Under the pieces are notes generated by a model. The model ran no database searches, had not been told where the DNA came from, and saw only the letters and a list, made by a program, of their open reading frames with translations. A stretch of DNA of 64,000 nt from Octopus vulgaris. Taxonomy: Eukaryota. Both the position numbers and the translations under genes were made by a program. The DNA is taken from assembly GCA_951406725.2 (NCBI GenBank), contig OX597831.1, positions 20,150,001 through 20,214,000 of the forward strand, in the 5' to 3' direction. This document shows positions 40,390 to 54,013 of the stretch, one piece after another (positions within the stretch are counted from its first letter, which is position 1; each line of letters begins with the position of its first letter).

Positions 40390-40585
40390 TCGCGAGCTTA
40401 GCACGCCGGACAAAATGCTTAGCTGCATTTCATCCGCCTTTGTGTTCTAAATTCAAATTCCGCCGAGGTCGACTTCGTCTTTCGGGGTCTATAAAATGAA
40501 TAGTAGTTGAACACTGAAGTCAATGTACTCGGCTTACTCCTCCCCTAAAATTGCTGGCCCTGTGCCAAAATTTGAAAATAATATT
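40390..40585 (+). mobile_element. SINE family 2
   Basis: 'ttagcacgccggacaaaatgcttagc...ttcaaattccgccgaggtcgactt'. Confidence 0.75.
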
Positions 40586-40906
40586 TAAAGCCACTTCGTA
40601 TATAGAATCCAGGATGATTCTCTTTTGAGCTTTTTTCTGATATGCCATCAAAAACTAATTTCCAAATCTGCTTGGCCTAAAGTATCACCATCAGGAACAT
40701 TGCCGGTTCTGGATAAACTCTCTAAATATGTTTGTGCAGCAAACAAAACAAATCGTTAACATATGCGTTCATCCCTTTCGCTGTGGTTGTTTTTCTTTTC
40801 CTTTTTCTTTTCTTTTTTTCTTTTTCTTTTTTGTGAATCGGCGAATTGGATGTCGCTGCTTTCATTTGTGTTTCTTTCAGTGGTGCCCTTTCGTCTGGAC
40901 TCTCAG

Positions 40907-40998
<92 letters not shown>

Positions 40999-42171
40999 GG
41001 GGCTTTTTTTGTTGATACATCTAAATCCATTCCTTTTAGATATTCTTAGGTTTATCTTTTCAATAAGGAACCTATTGAAGAGATAAAAAGTTTTAGTTAG
41101 GAAGTTCTCGTAATGTCAGATAACCTGGAAAGGGAGACCGTGAGTCAATAACGATGAGGCTGGAAGCGTTTATGTGGTCACTGCTCTTGTCAAGAACAGC
41201 AATCAACATTATCATCATCATCATCACCACCCCCATTATCATCCTCCTCATCATCATCATTATCCCCTCGAACATTACTGTTTCGAGTCCTAGTACTCGC
41301 AAGGCCAGTTTTCCCATGAGGTGTAGGGGGGCAGAGATCAAACCACCCCTTCTGAACGGGACCCCAATCCATTGCAGGGCGACCCGTTTACAGCTAAGTG
41401 AACTGAAGCAATGTGAAACGAAGTGTTCTTGCTCAAGAACGCTTTGTTCAAAGCCTCCCTTGACCTCAAGTAGCCTGAACTCTTTACATGAACACCACCC
41501 TGCACTTAACTCCATGTCCCTCTACATGGCCTTGCTATTTGCTTTTGGGTCAATTTAACTAACTAACTAACTAAGAACACAATGCATCGCCCGGTCCGGA
41601 AATCGAAACCACGATCTTCTGGTCGTGAGCGCAATACCCTGGCCACTCGGCCACACAGCCAGATCTCCATTAACTCGCATCACCCAGCAATTTTCATTAG
41701 ATAGTGAACTCCCATAATTATTATGCTTTGTAAAAAAAAAGAAGAGGGAGACGGAACGGTCACGGTTGGAAAGCCTTTGATCATAGCTCTGTCCGTCGGG
41801 GTTGGCAAAGAGCTAATACATAAACAACAGCAAAATAAACAAATTTAGTTACGGTTGGAGAGGATAGAATAAGATATATTAGAAATAGTTATTCCTGTTC
41901 GAAAATAAAGATAAAACGTCTGCAATATGAAGTGAAAGAAGAATTCCGGAAATCATCTTCTAAAATTCCCAAGACATGTGTTTTAGTTAGCGAAAGAGTA
42001 AATATTTCTAAACATACAACATAACAATAAGTAAAGATGGGTTAGTAATGTCACAGTAACTACGCAATACATATGGGCTAAACATTAAACCTCTATCGGT
42101 TTCTTTCCTTCTCTTTTTATGCACTTGCATATGTGCGCGTGCAGGTTTGTATGTTAGTGTGCATATATTGC

Positions 42172-42206
<35 letters not shown>

Positions 42207-42276
42207 GTAGTGGACATATATATATATGCACACTTCCACACACACACTGATAGTTGCATACACATTTATATGTATG

Positions 42277-42321
<45 letters not shown>

Positions 42322-42599
42322 ATGTATATATGTATTTTTGCATGTATGTATATGCATAGATATACATATGTATACCGTTATGTATAAATACATGCATATA
42401 TGTGTGAGTCTGTGTGTGTAAATATATATATATATATATATATACATACATACTTGAATACATATACACATACATATATGCATGTATATATATCTATATA
42501 AATGTATACATACGTAAGTATACTTATGTTTACATGCTTATAGGCAAATATATGCATATACATATACACATATGGAAAGCGACAAACATATATACATAA

Positions 42600-42650
<51 letters not shown>

Positions 42651-43682
42651 TAGATAGATAAATATATGTTGGCATTTGTGTGTGAGTGTGTGTGTGTGTG
42701 TGTGCGTGCGTGTATGGATGTATATATGTTTATTACACATACATGCCTATATATGTGTGTGTGTATTTGTGCGTGTGTGTTTGTGTACGTGTGTTTGTGT
42801 GTGTGTATAATATACATAAATACACACACATAATTCTAGAAACTTACCTCCGGTAATTTTGAAGAAAAGAATAAAAAGAAGATTAAAAAAAGAAAGAAAG
42901 AAGAAAAGGAAGGAAGAAAAAAGAAGAAAAGGATTCTGTTTGTTAGCTGGTGATGTTGTTTATGGTGCTGTTGCTGCTTCGGTAGTGTAATTGTTTCAAA
43001 AGTGGAAAAATTCTTGATATTTTTATCTTATGATATAATCTACAAGACTGACGGAAGACTTTCAGTTCTATTCTTAGACTACTAACCGTTTTAGTGTAGA
43101 ACTCTTGTTAAGTTTTTCCTAAAAAGATCAATTGTTTACCGTCTTCCTGCAGAAGTTAAAATATTCCTTCAGTTTTACCCATAATTCCAGAGCAACGCAA
43201 ATGTTTTCGAGAGAGAACGCCAGAGTGTATGTGTGTGCATATGTGAGTGTGTATGTGTGTGCATATGTGAGTGTGTATCTGTGTGTATGACAGTCTGCGT
43301 GTACATGTATGTGTAAGCTTCTGTGGTGTATATATGTGGGATGGTGAAATGTGTGATTTATAAATAAACTGTTTTAGTTGAAAATATTTCTTATCATACA
43401 CACAGTAACTACGGACCGACTTAGAGAATTTGGAACCAAAGTAACATTTCTTTTAGAAGATTTTCCTTTGCCAAAATAAATTCTATGTGAAATCTTAACT
43501 TTCTTCTCTTTTTCTCTTGTTACAATGTCATTTTTGTTCCTTTCCATTTTAGGAATTAAGAAATGCGTCTTGTAGACTTTTGATTAGCTCTAGTATAACC
43601 GAAAGAGATTGCCTTGAAGCCGTTACCGTCGTCGTTTACAAAGACCTTTAACTGTAATGCGTAGGACTTTTAAACTCGTTGG

Positions 43683-43728
<46 letters not shown>

Positions 43729-43731
<3 letters not shown>

Positions 43732-44296
43732 TACCGTCAGAAATTAATTAGCACCCTTGATTTGCTCACCATGAAGCATGGTGGGGGTGGTCTGATGGTG
43801 TGAGGGGTGTTCAGCTACAGTGGTGTTGAGCGGCTCTATGCCGTCGAAGGCAGCATAAACGCAGCAAAGAACGTTGAGATAGTACGGGATACCTCTTTGG
43901 TGGCGAGGAGTATGTGCTGGCCAGTCACCTGACCTGAACCCTATTGAGAACCTCTGGAGTCGATTGGGTAGGGATTTGAATGTGCAGCAATACAGGAACC
44001 GACACGAGCTGTTTGGGGCACTTCTTGCTGCATGAGGGGGCCATCCCTGAACAGTACCTGCAGGCACTCATAGACAGCATGCCGACCCGCATAGCAGCTG
44101 TCATTGCTGCCAAAGGAGGTGCAACAAGATATTGACTAAATTTCACGATTAATAACAATTATGTGGTGTGCTGGGATATGTTTTAATAAATTTTTGATTA
44201 AAAACGAGTTCGTTTCTGATAATAAGTTAATTAAATTAAGAAAATGTAAGAAAATGTAGAAATTTGAGAAGTGCTAATTAATTTCCGACGCAAGTG
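43729..44296 (+). mobile_element. Internally deleted Tc1-like transposon
   Basis: TIRs CACTACCGTCAGAAATTAATTAGCAC / GTGCTAATTAATTTCCGACGCAAGTG, TA-flanked. Remnants 'KHGGGGLMV*G' and 'SPDLNPIENLW'. Confidence 0.9.
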
Positions 44297-44306
44297 TATA
44301 TGTAAT

Positions 44307-44425
<119 letters not shown>

Positions 44426-44427
44426 TA

Positions 44428-44672
44428 TCGAGACAAAACCACTATTTTAAAACCAAACAAGGAAAGACTTAATCAATACATAAAATTTTAATATAAATTA
44501 AATAAATAAATTATAATTTATATTAAAATTTTATGTATTGATTAAGTCTTTCCTTGTTTGGTTTTAAAATAGTGGTTTTGTCTCGAATTATATTATATAA
44601 TATTTTACTATAAAATTGGATTTAACCCTAAATCTGATTTTTCCCTGTAATTTTGGATTCATTCCCTAATAT

Positions 44673-44690
<18 letters not shown>
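44428..44690. mobile_element. Penelope-like foldback fragment, same family as 24195-24650
   Basis: Arms 44428-44500 and 44514-44586 with a 13-nt spacer. Embedded in (TA)n. Confidence 0.75.
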
Positions 44691-44726
<36 letters not shown>

Positions 44727-44758
44727 TATACACACATATACATATATACATATATATG

Positions 44759-44819
<61 letters not shown>

Positions 44820-44826
44820 ATGTGTG

Positions 44827-44875
<49 letters not shown>

Positions 44876-44882
44876 ATGTGTG

Positions 44883-44913
<31 letters not shown>

Positions 44914-45408
44914 TACATATATATATATATATATATATATATCCTGAAGCTGAGACGATAAGACGTGTTTTTACTCCTCTCTGCGCCGGTCAGCAGCAAG
45001 CTTCACAGCTACATTCGTCGTAATTGACCATCACATATATTCCTGTATATTTGAAACCACGCTTTTTCCCAACTCGTGAGTAGACTTTTCCTTAACCACA
45101 AACTATTTTCATAATTTTCAAACGACCAAATATTTTCAAACACCTTCTGATAACTAAAGGATCACCCACACATTAAAAATTAGAAAAAGAGGGGAAAAAA
45201 GAAAAGAAAAAGAAAGATAAAATAACTACAAGCTCATAATTCAAATACAAACTTCTAAGTATTACAGCAAACATTCTGTACAATCAATTCTACATACTTC
45301 TCCTTAAAAAAAATAAATAAATAAATAAAATAAAATAAAATAAAATAATTAAAAGTAATCAACAAAACAAACGAACAAAATAAAATTTAATAAAACATAT
45401 CAACCAGA

Positions 45409-46806
45409 ATGGCTAGCCACCAAAAATCCAACAAAAACTGGTCTAATAATGAAGTCGACGTTCTTATCAACACATGGCATGGCCTTACCGAAACAGAGAG
45501 CATAGGTGCTTCGTATCTGAACGAAATTGCTAAACGAGCAGTTCACCATTTGCAAACTCGATCTGAACAGCAGATACAAAATAAATTAAAACAAATCGAA
45601 GTTGCTTTTAAATTAATAAATAAACACTTCGATAAACTGAGATGTGTTTTCTCTTCGAACGCATCACCGGCGCAACAACAACAACAACAACTTCAGCAGC
45701 AATAACCTCAGCGGCAACAACAACAACAACCTCAACAACAAACTCAGCGGCAACAACAACAACAGATACAGCAACAACAACAGGATGAACCACTCCTCGA
45801 TTCATCTACAATGGCCGATTTGCTAAACGAAACGATTGACCCCCCAGTCATCAGGGTCACACAGCAGGAAGCACGACCCCTTCCTTTCACTGCCCCAGCA
45901 GCTCAATCATCATCATTGTCAACACCATCTCCTCTGTTTACTACTACTAGTACAACTCCAACTATGTATCGACAAACATCTTTGTCTTGGAATCGACCTC
46001 CTCAATCATTACCACTGTCAACATCTCTTCTACCTACTACTACTACTACTAATGCTATCTCAAGGAATTCACCTCCTACAGGTCACAAAGGTCGCCAAAA
46101 CTTCAACAAACTATCATCTACACCAGTGTTTCCCAACCTTTTTTCCCGGCGCCCCACTTTTTCATAGCAAAAGTTTTTACGCCCCACCTTTTCCCATGTC
46201 CACTCACATTTACAAGTACATGTGGGCCTACTTACAATTATTTTCACAGCCCACGTCTATGCCCCGCGCCCCACCTGAATTTTCTCAGGCCCCACCAGTG
46301 GGGCGTACGCCCCACCTTGGGAATCACTGATCTACACCTTTCACAACTCACACACACACACGCACCTACACACCCACTCGAAACCCCATCATTTGCCGAT
46401 ATTCCATAGACTGTGCACTGATAGAGACTGCAAATTCACCCATTTACCTGGAACAAAACGCTCTATCCCCACAAACTACAACAGCAACCACCATAATACA
46501 ACACCACCACAACCACCAATATCTCAAACAAGGAATCCCCAAATCTGCCGCTATTCCCAGCGACACAGATTGTGTCTGCACAGGGATTGCCCCTTTACCC
46601 ATCTCCCAGGGACTCGTCGGACATTTAAAGATAACCACTCACATAAAAATAGCCGCAGCCACAGTCACCTGCGGTTCCCTAGACAGGAAACCACCTCTCC
46701 TTCCTCTTTTTTAGCTATGATGAATCTAGCAAAAGAACTGGAAAAAAACATCCGAGCTATCACCCACCACCATCCACCACAAATACCCCACTGCACATGC
46801 CATTAA
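45409..46806 (+). pseudogene. LINE B ORF1 (Myb/SANT-like N-terminus, Q/T-rich linker, two CCCH fingers), broken by frameshifts and a MITE
   Basis: 'NWSNNEVDVLINTW...RSEQQIQNKLKQI' and 'CRYSQRHRLCLHRDCPFTH' (C-x8-C-x4-C-x3-H), with an upstream duplicate finger. Confidence 0.7.
46124..46329. mobile_element. hAT MITE nested in LINE B ORF1
   Basis: TIR CAGTGTTTCCCAA / TTGGGAATCACTG. 8-bp TSD ATCTACAC at 46116-46123 and 46330-46337. Confidence 0.92.
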
Positions 46807-49800
46807 AAAGCAATCAAATAAACAAATCACCAAAACAATTAAAACCATCCACTCTCGCCTCAACATTTCTGCTTAATGCCCAAGGCAGCCCTTCCACCAA
46901 TACACAAAAATGGAAGATAAGATTCCTGGAGGACTGGGTCGAGGCCCATCCAAACCACATCCCTTTCTTCGTCCTCACTGAAACCCATCTTAGTGACCTC
47001 CACTTGGAAGCCGAGGTGAAAGTTAAAAATTTCAAAACCATTCGTGCTGATCGTGCTGGCAGAAGAAAGGGTGGGACTGCCATTTATGTCCATGATTCAT
47101 TCTCAACAGAAGCCATGAACATATTTTCGAATGGATACTGCGAAGCAGTCGCTGTATTCAGTCAAACCAACAACTTAACAGTAGTTGGGCTCTACAGACC
47201 ACCCCAAACGCCCCTACCATGCTTCAAGGAATGCCTCAACAGCATAAAGTGTTTCATTCAGCAGTGTCAACCTGACAACATTTTAATGATGGGAGACTTC
47301 AACCTTCCCGGGGTTGACTGGTCTACAAACAGTCTGCCGCCAGGTTCTTCTCTCTCAACCCCTGACAGGGAGGCAGTGGAATCGCTTCTTGACTTCATGG
47401 ATGACTTCTTCTTGTCCCAACTGGTACTCGAACCAACGAGATGTCACAAAAACGTCTTAGACTTAATTTTCAGCAATCACACTGATACTATCCACAATAT
47501 TGCAGTGGAGAAAACCCTACTCTCCGACCATGACATGGTTCTCTGTGATCTGAGATTTCACTGGCCAAAATGCAAAACAAATGTCATCCCTCCTGTTCAT
47601 CCATTTGACACTATGGATTTCCACAATGCAAACTGGGAAGCGATCAATAATGATCTTGCACAAGTCGATTGGTCCTTCACGCACACATACACACCCACTA
47701 ACATTAAAAAGTCCTGGCAGTCACTTGTAGACATCATCACGAACATATGTGCAAGACACACCCCATTAAGATCTGCAAACAAATCTAAGTGTCGAATCCC
47801 TAGAAATAGAAAATCTCTCATAAGGAAAATTAAAAGAATCAACAAAAAGATCAACATGCTGAAATACTGTCAACAGCAACACACCAACCTGACTGCCATC
47901 TCGTCACTAGAGATTAAAAAACATAAACTCCAAAACAACATGATGTCTATCATCAATAGTCAGCGAAGAGCTGAAGAGGCCTGGGCCATTGAGAAGATCA
48001 AACTCAATCCCAAAGTGTTCTTTTCATTTGCAAAAAAACACAGAGTCACTGGTTCTACTGTTGGCCCTCTGATTGATGAAAATGATACTCTTCAAGACAA
48101 TGCCAAAACCATGGGAGAGATATTGCAGAAACAATATTGCTCTGTTTTTAGCAATCCTGATATGACTGATCTGGGCTGTATCAGTGATGTTACTCCCCAA
48201 TACACTTTATCGGACATAACATTTGGCGCTCCTGATGTCTTAGCAGCAATAAAGGAAATGAAGCATAATTCAGCAGTAGGTCCCGATAGGTTCTCTGCTT
48301 GTGTCTTGAAGATGTGTCAAAACCAACTTGCACCCCCTCTAGCCAATATGTGGCGGAACTCACTGGATGCTGGATATATACCAGAGGACCTTCTATCCCA
48401 GTCTGTTGTCCCAGTTTTCAAAAAAGGAAACAAATCGCTTGCCGTGAATTACCGTCCAATCTCACTCACCTCTCATATCATCAAGGTATTTGAGAGGGTG
48501 CTGAGATCGCGTATGACTCACTTCCTTGAGAGGCATAATATGCTGAACCCCAACCAGCATGGATTCCGTAATGGGAGAGATTGCCTGACGCAGCTACTGC
48601 ATCATTTTGATGACATTTTGAGAGCCTTGGGAGAAGGTTCCAACACTGATGTCATCTACCTTTATTTCAGCAAGGCCTTTGACAGGGTTGATCATAAGAT
48701 CCTTCTGAGAAAGCTGTCCAATATTGGTGTCACTGGAAAGTTGCTGCAGTGGATCAAGTGCTTCCTCTCTAACAGAACCCAACATGTGGTAGTCGAAGGA
48801 GTCAAATCCAGCCCAGCCAAAGTCAGCAGTGGTGTCCCACAAGGCACTGTGTTGGGCCCACTTCTCTTCATCATCTACATAAATGATATTACTGATACCA
48901 TCAAACACAGTAACATCAGAAATTTCGCTGATGACTCCAAGCTCCAGAAGGTCATCAATGGCGTGGATGACCGAATAAACCTTCAGTCAGACCTACTGGC
49001 TGTTGTCCAATGGGCGGAAAAGAATAACATGTTGCTAAATGAAGACAAATTTGAACTGATCCACTTTGGAAGGGGGACGCTCTGAAACTCCCATACTCTC
49101 TTCCTTCTGGAGAAATTCTCATGGCATCCAACAACATCAGAGACCTGGGAGTAACAGTGGACAACAACATAAGCTGGGCTACACATATAAGCAGCAAAGT
49201 TGACATGGCCCGCAGAATGTGTTCCTGGATTCTCAGAACCTTCCAGTCGAGAGATTCCCACGCTATTATCCTTCTCTTCTCCACTTTTGCCCGACCCCAC
49301 CTTGAATACTGCTGTCCACTGTGGTCTCCCTACACAAAACAAAATATTATGAGAATTGAAGCTCCCCAAAGGTCAATCACAAAAAAGATAGATGGCATGT
49401 CAGACCTTGACTACTGGGGTAGACTAGAGAAGCTGAAATTGTATTCACTCCAACGACGCCGTGAACGCTACATTATCTGTATGATGTGGAAAATATTCCA
49501 TCAGCACTGTCCGAATGATGTTGGCATCACCTTCAAAATGCATCCAAGGCTTGGACCACGTGCCATCCGTCCACAACAAAAATCTAAATCGCATCACATA
49601 ACGACAATACGGCACAACTATTTCACCTCAATTGGACCTGCTCTCTTCAACATTACACCAGGGCACGTCAAAAAAGAAACTGACCACACAAAATTCAAGA
49701 AGTCTTTGGACAAATTCCTTCAAACAGTACCGGACAAACCACCCACACCTGGATATGTCTCCGCAAACAATAACTCTCTGCTCGAATGGGCCTTGGTGCC

Positions 49801-49810
49801 CAAATCCTGA
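46797..49810 (+). pseudogene. LINE B ORF2 (APE plus RT), one frameshift near 49075 and a catalytic D-to-Y change
   Basis: ETH, GDFN, SDH, NYRPISLTS, YLYFSKAFD (normally YLDF), SGVPQGTVLGP, FADD, LYSLQRRRERY. Confidence 0.93.
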
Positions 49811-49911
49811 ACTGAAAGACTTCACCAGGTGGTGCTATTAAGTTAGACATGGCCTGGGCCAATACTGGCCAAAACCTTTCTAAGTTATTCTAAGTTATGT
49901 ATATGTGTGTA

Positions 49912-52900
49912 TAAAAGAAGGGCTGGTAGAGCTAAAGGAAAAGCTCAAGCAGGACCAAAGGGTGAAAAAACCAGGAATAGAAGTGGAACCGCAAAAGATG
50001 GAAACGGACAGCGCACACAGGTGTGTAGGTTCTACCTGAGAGGTTCCTGCTGGCATGGAAAGGAAGGTGTAGGCTGCCGCTTTGCACATTGGGGACCCTG
50101 CCACAGAGACACGAGGCAGATGGACAAACCATCAACACAAGGAAAAAGGATGGACCACGCACCACTTGCCCCAAAGCGGAGGTACGCAGATGTTGTGCGT
50201 GCCACAAACCACCAACATGATGTTGTCGAAAGGGCAGCTGCTGAGCAACAATCTTTTTTGTGCATGGCACAAAAGATTGTACAGCAGCTGACCTGGCTTC
50301 ATCAAACCCAAGCCCGCAGGTGGGACTACCCACTATATACCAGACCACCACCACAGCAAACAGACCCAGGATGGACACCACCGGCAACAACATACACCTC
50401 ACCTCGATGCTCCTACTGAACATCAGAGGACTGCAAACACTCAGTAACAGGACAAAAATCCCGTTCCTGAGAGATTTTGTTGCATGCAATCAAGCCTTAT
50501 GCATAGCACTAACGGAAACGCACCTGAAACCGGATATAGCAGATGCGGAGTTACACATACCACAGTATGCTGTACTACGGACCGACAGGAAAGAAAGGAG
50601 TCATGGAGGTGTTGCTATGTACATCCGTGAGGACCTCACACCCCAGGTCCTCTTGTCATACTCAAACTCGGTGTGTGACACACTAATTGTACATATTAGG
50701 CAACTTGATGTAGTTGTGTGTGCTACATACCGCCCTCCAGATGCCCCAAGCCATGTGGGCAAGTTTGAAGACTGCCTTATAAAAATAGAAGTTCTAACCA
50801 CATTAGAACAACACATAAGTGTACTTCTTATGGGAGACTTCAATCTGCCAAATGTCAGATGGCCCGAGGGCCTTTCTCTCCCGGGAATGACAAGATGTGA
50901 ACGAGGACAGGCGAGGTCCCTCCTGAACCTCATCAACATCCTGTACATGGAGCAGGTAATACTCCAACCAACCAGGGCAGGTAACACACTGGATCTCTGC
51001 TTCACAAATGACATGGATCTCATCCATAATGTGAAAGTGACACCGACACTACTCTCGGATCACAACATGATAGAGCTGACCATGTACGGGCCAAAAGAGA
51101 GCACGGACATGCAGCCTACAAGAAACCCCAGAATCTTTCCAGCTTGAACTACCATAAGGCAAACTGGAAACAAATTGAGAAAGAGATCCTCAAACAAAAC
51201 TGGCCTAAATGTCTCTCCTCGCCAGACATCGACGTGAAACTTCAACAATTCATGTCTGTAATGCAAGCCATATGCTACAAATATGTCCCAGAGAGAAAGG
51301 CCACTGTACACAAGAACAAAATCCCCAGAGAGAGGAAAATTCTAATGAGACGGCGTACAAAATTTTCAAATCGCCTAAAGAAACAGATTGAAAGCAGTGA
51401 AAAGTCCCACCTAAAAATAAAACTGTTGGAAATCGAAAATGTCTGAAACTCTCCCATGAAAAGGAAAGAGCAGACAAAGAAGCCTGGGCTATAGACAACA
51501 TAAAATCTAACCCCAGAGCTTTCTACAGGTATGCCAAAGAAACAGCTACAGTGCACTGTAGAATAGGGCCACTCCTCGAAAAGGATGGCACACTTACAGG
51601 AAAACCAATGAGGGTAAGTGAAATACTGAATGAGCAATTCAAGAGTGTTTTCACTCCACCCCTTGGGCATCTCCAAATCACCAATCCAACTGACTTTTTT
51701 ACCACTGCAGATATAAAATCAGAGGCGGCGACGATAGATTACATCGATATAAAGGAAGACGATGTAATCAAGGCTATAGATGAAATGAAAACAGACTCAG
51801 CTACTGGTCCCGATGGATTCCCGGCAATCCTCCTAAAAGCATGTAAGAGAGTCCTAGCAAGACCACTGCAGTTCCTCTTTCAGAGCTTCCTTGCAGCTGG
51901 CAAACTTCCAAGAAAACTGAAGGAAGGTAAAATATGCCCCATTCATAAAGGAGGTAGCAGAGCGGAAGCCAAGAACTATAGACCTATCTCTCTGACCTCA
52001 CACATCAGCAAGGTCATGGAACGAATAGTCAGAAGGAAGCTGATCACCTTCCTTGAAGAAAATGACTTGCTGCCCGACACCCAACATGGTTTCCGACCAG
52101 GGAGAAGCTGTTTAACTCAGCTCCTACAACACTGTGACTGGGTGCTGAAACGGCTGCTCAACCACTCAAATGTGGAAGTCATATATCTCGACTTTGCAAA
52201 GGCCTTTAATAAAGTCGATCATGGAATGATATGTCACAAACTGCGTGATCTCAACATAGTTGGAAAACTGGGAGAATGGCTTCAAGACTTTCTGAAAGAT
52301 AGAAGTCAGGTGGTAGTGGCCAATGGGGCCACTTCCATTAACACGCAAATAGTGAGCGGTGTTCCGCAGGGCACTGTTCTGGGACCACTACTGTTCATAA
52401 TGGCCCTCTCAGACATGCCCTCAGCCACGCAGAGAGCCACGATCACAAGTTATGCAGATGATACAAAAGTTTCACAGGCAATACAGAACCCTGAGGACAC
52501 TAAACACCTGCAATGTGAGCTAGACAAAATATACAAGTGGGCCGAAAAGAATAGCATGCAGTTCAATGCTGAAAAGTTTCAAGCTCTATACTATCAGCAT
52601 GCAAAACTAAATGCAATACCCAATGAATACACTGGACCCGGAGGAATAGCAATCCCAGAGGCACAATCAGTGCGTGACCTAGGTATTTACATGAGTGATG
52701 ACGCGACCTTTCGTGTACATGTTGCTAAATTGGCAATGAAATGTAGACGACTGGCCGGATGAATCCTCAGAACCTTTAGAACAAGAGAACAAGAAACCAT
52801 GATGGTCCTCTGGAGGACACTTGTCCTAAGCCACTTTGACTACTGCTCTCAGTTATGGTCACCATCCAGTGTCAAGTTGATCACAGAGCTCGAGGCGATC

Positions 52901-53455
52901 CAACGTAGCTACACGAAGAAGATAGCCTCTATGCAGAATGTAAGCTACTGGGAAAGACTCAGGAAATTAAAATTATATTCCCTGGGGCGTAGGCGGGAAA
53001 GATATGCCATAATATACATCTGGAAGATCCTGGAGGGAAGTGTCCTGAACTTTGGCATCGAGAGTTACGCAAATGCCAGAACTGGGCGCCACTGCGTGGT
53101 GCCTAGGACTCCAAACTTGCCATCAAGATGTAGGACAAGATTCTGTGATAGCCTGGGCTTCCGAGGCCCACAGCTCTTCAATATCCTCCCGAAGAACCTG
53201 AGAGACCTGCATGGGGTGGATACAGATGTCTTTAAAATGAAGCTGGATCTCTTCCTGTCAGGTGTCCCAGATGAACCAACTTCACGGCAGGAGGGGCAGA
53301 TGAGGGCAGCTGCATCGAACTCTCTCATGCACCAAATAGCAGCTGCTAGAAAGCCTTCATGAAGTGAAACCAAGTAGCAATTCCAAATGGCGGTGCCCCA
53401 GCATGGCCACAGCTCATAAGCTGAAACTGGAAAAATCAAAATCAAAATCAAAATC
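49912..53455 (+). mobile_element. CR1-group LINE C, 5'-truncated, closely related to LINE A
   Basis: ORF1 C-terminus with 'CRFYLRGSCWHGKEGVGCRFAH'. ORF2 in pieces from ~50370 to 53362 (YADD, 'VPDEPT...AASNSL'). 3' stem-loop and (AAAATC)n tail, then (TA)n. Confidence 0.92.
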
Positions 53456-53472
53456 ATATATATATATAAACA

Positions 53473-53737
53473 ATTGCAGCGTGGAAGGTGTTTGTAAGCC
53501 ATTTAAGAAACACACAAAAGCCGTTCGATTCACTTCAACATTTAAGTTTAATTTGTCAAAATATTTTCGTCGCTTTAAAACTGCGACCTGTTCACTGACA
53601 AAAATCCGTGCTCGGATTTTTGTCAGTGAATAGGTCGCGGTTTCTTAAATGGCTTACAAACAACTTCCACGCTGCAATTGTTTTCGTTTCAGCACACGAT
53701 CTCAGATCAAATCACTTGCTATGCAAGTACATCTCCA
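53473..53737. mobile_element. Foldback element, same family as 18940-19226
   Basis: Outer inverted repeat (ttgcagcgtggaag ... cttccacgctgcaa) plus an inner palindrome centred near 53610. Same 3' tail as the other copy. Confidence 0.7.
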
Positions 53738-54013
53738 TAATATATATATATATATATACATATATGTTACGTTTATATATTTGTTTTGCAAGATTTTTTA
53801 TATGAAATCGTGTGTTGAAACAGATATTGTTGTATTTAGGAATGGTCATCTTGCCAGTTTAGCCAATAAAAAACACATGCACTGTATATAAGAAGAAAGC
53901 AAAGAACCACTGCTGAGGTCACAGGAGTGTGACGAAAGAACTCTGGACGAAATAAAATTAAGATTAATGTAAAAAATGAATAACGCTGAAGCACCAAATA
54001 TATAGTGCGTGTG

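Larger units (their letters stand above)
44943..49897 (+). mobile_element. CR1-group LINE B, apparently full length, inactivated
   Basis: Starts directly after (TA)n. 5'UTR, ORF1 45409-46806, ORF2 46797-49810, 3' stem-loop and (TTCTAAGTTA)2 tail. Confidence 0.88.

Noticed and set aside
40880-40910. Minus-strand hammerhead-like CTGAGA-gtc-ca-gac-GAAA
   Set aside because: The core lacks one nucleotide and stems I and III could not be closed convincingly.
42840-43650. Splice-like signals (minus-strand gag|gtaagt near 42848; plus-strand ttttag|gaa near 43552)
   Set aside because: They are isolated signals with no recognisable coding sequence and cannot be supported without transcripts.
46797-49810. 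LINE B as an active element
   Set aside because: It has an ORF2 frameshift, a D-to-Y change in the first RT catalytic motif, and a MITE in ORF1.
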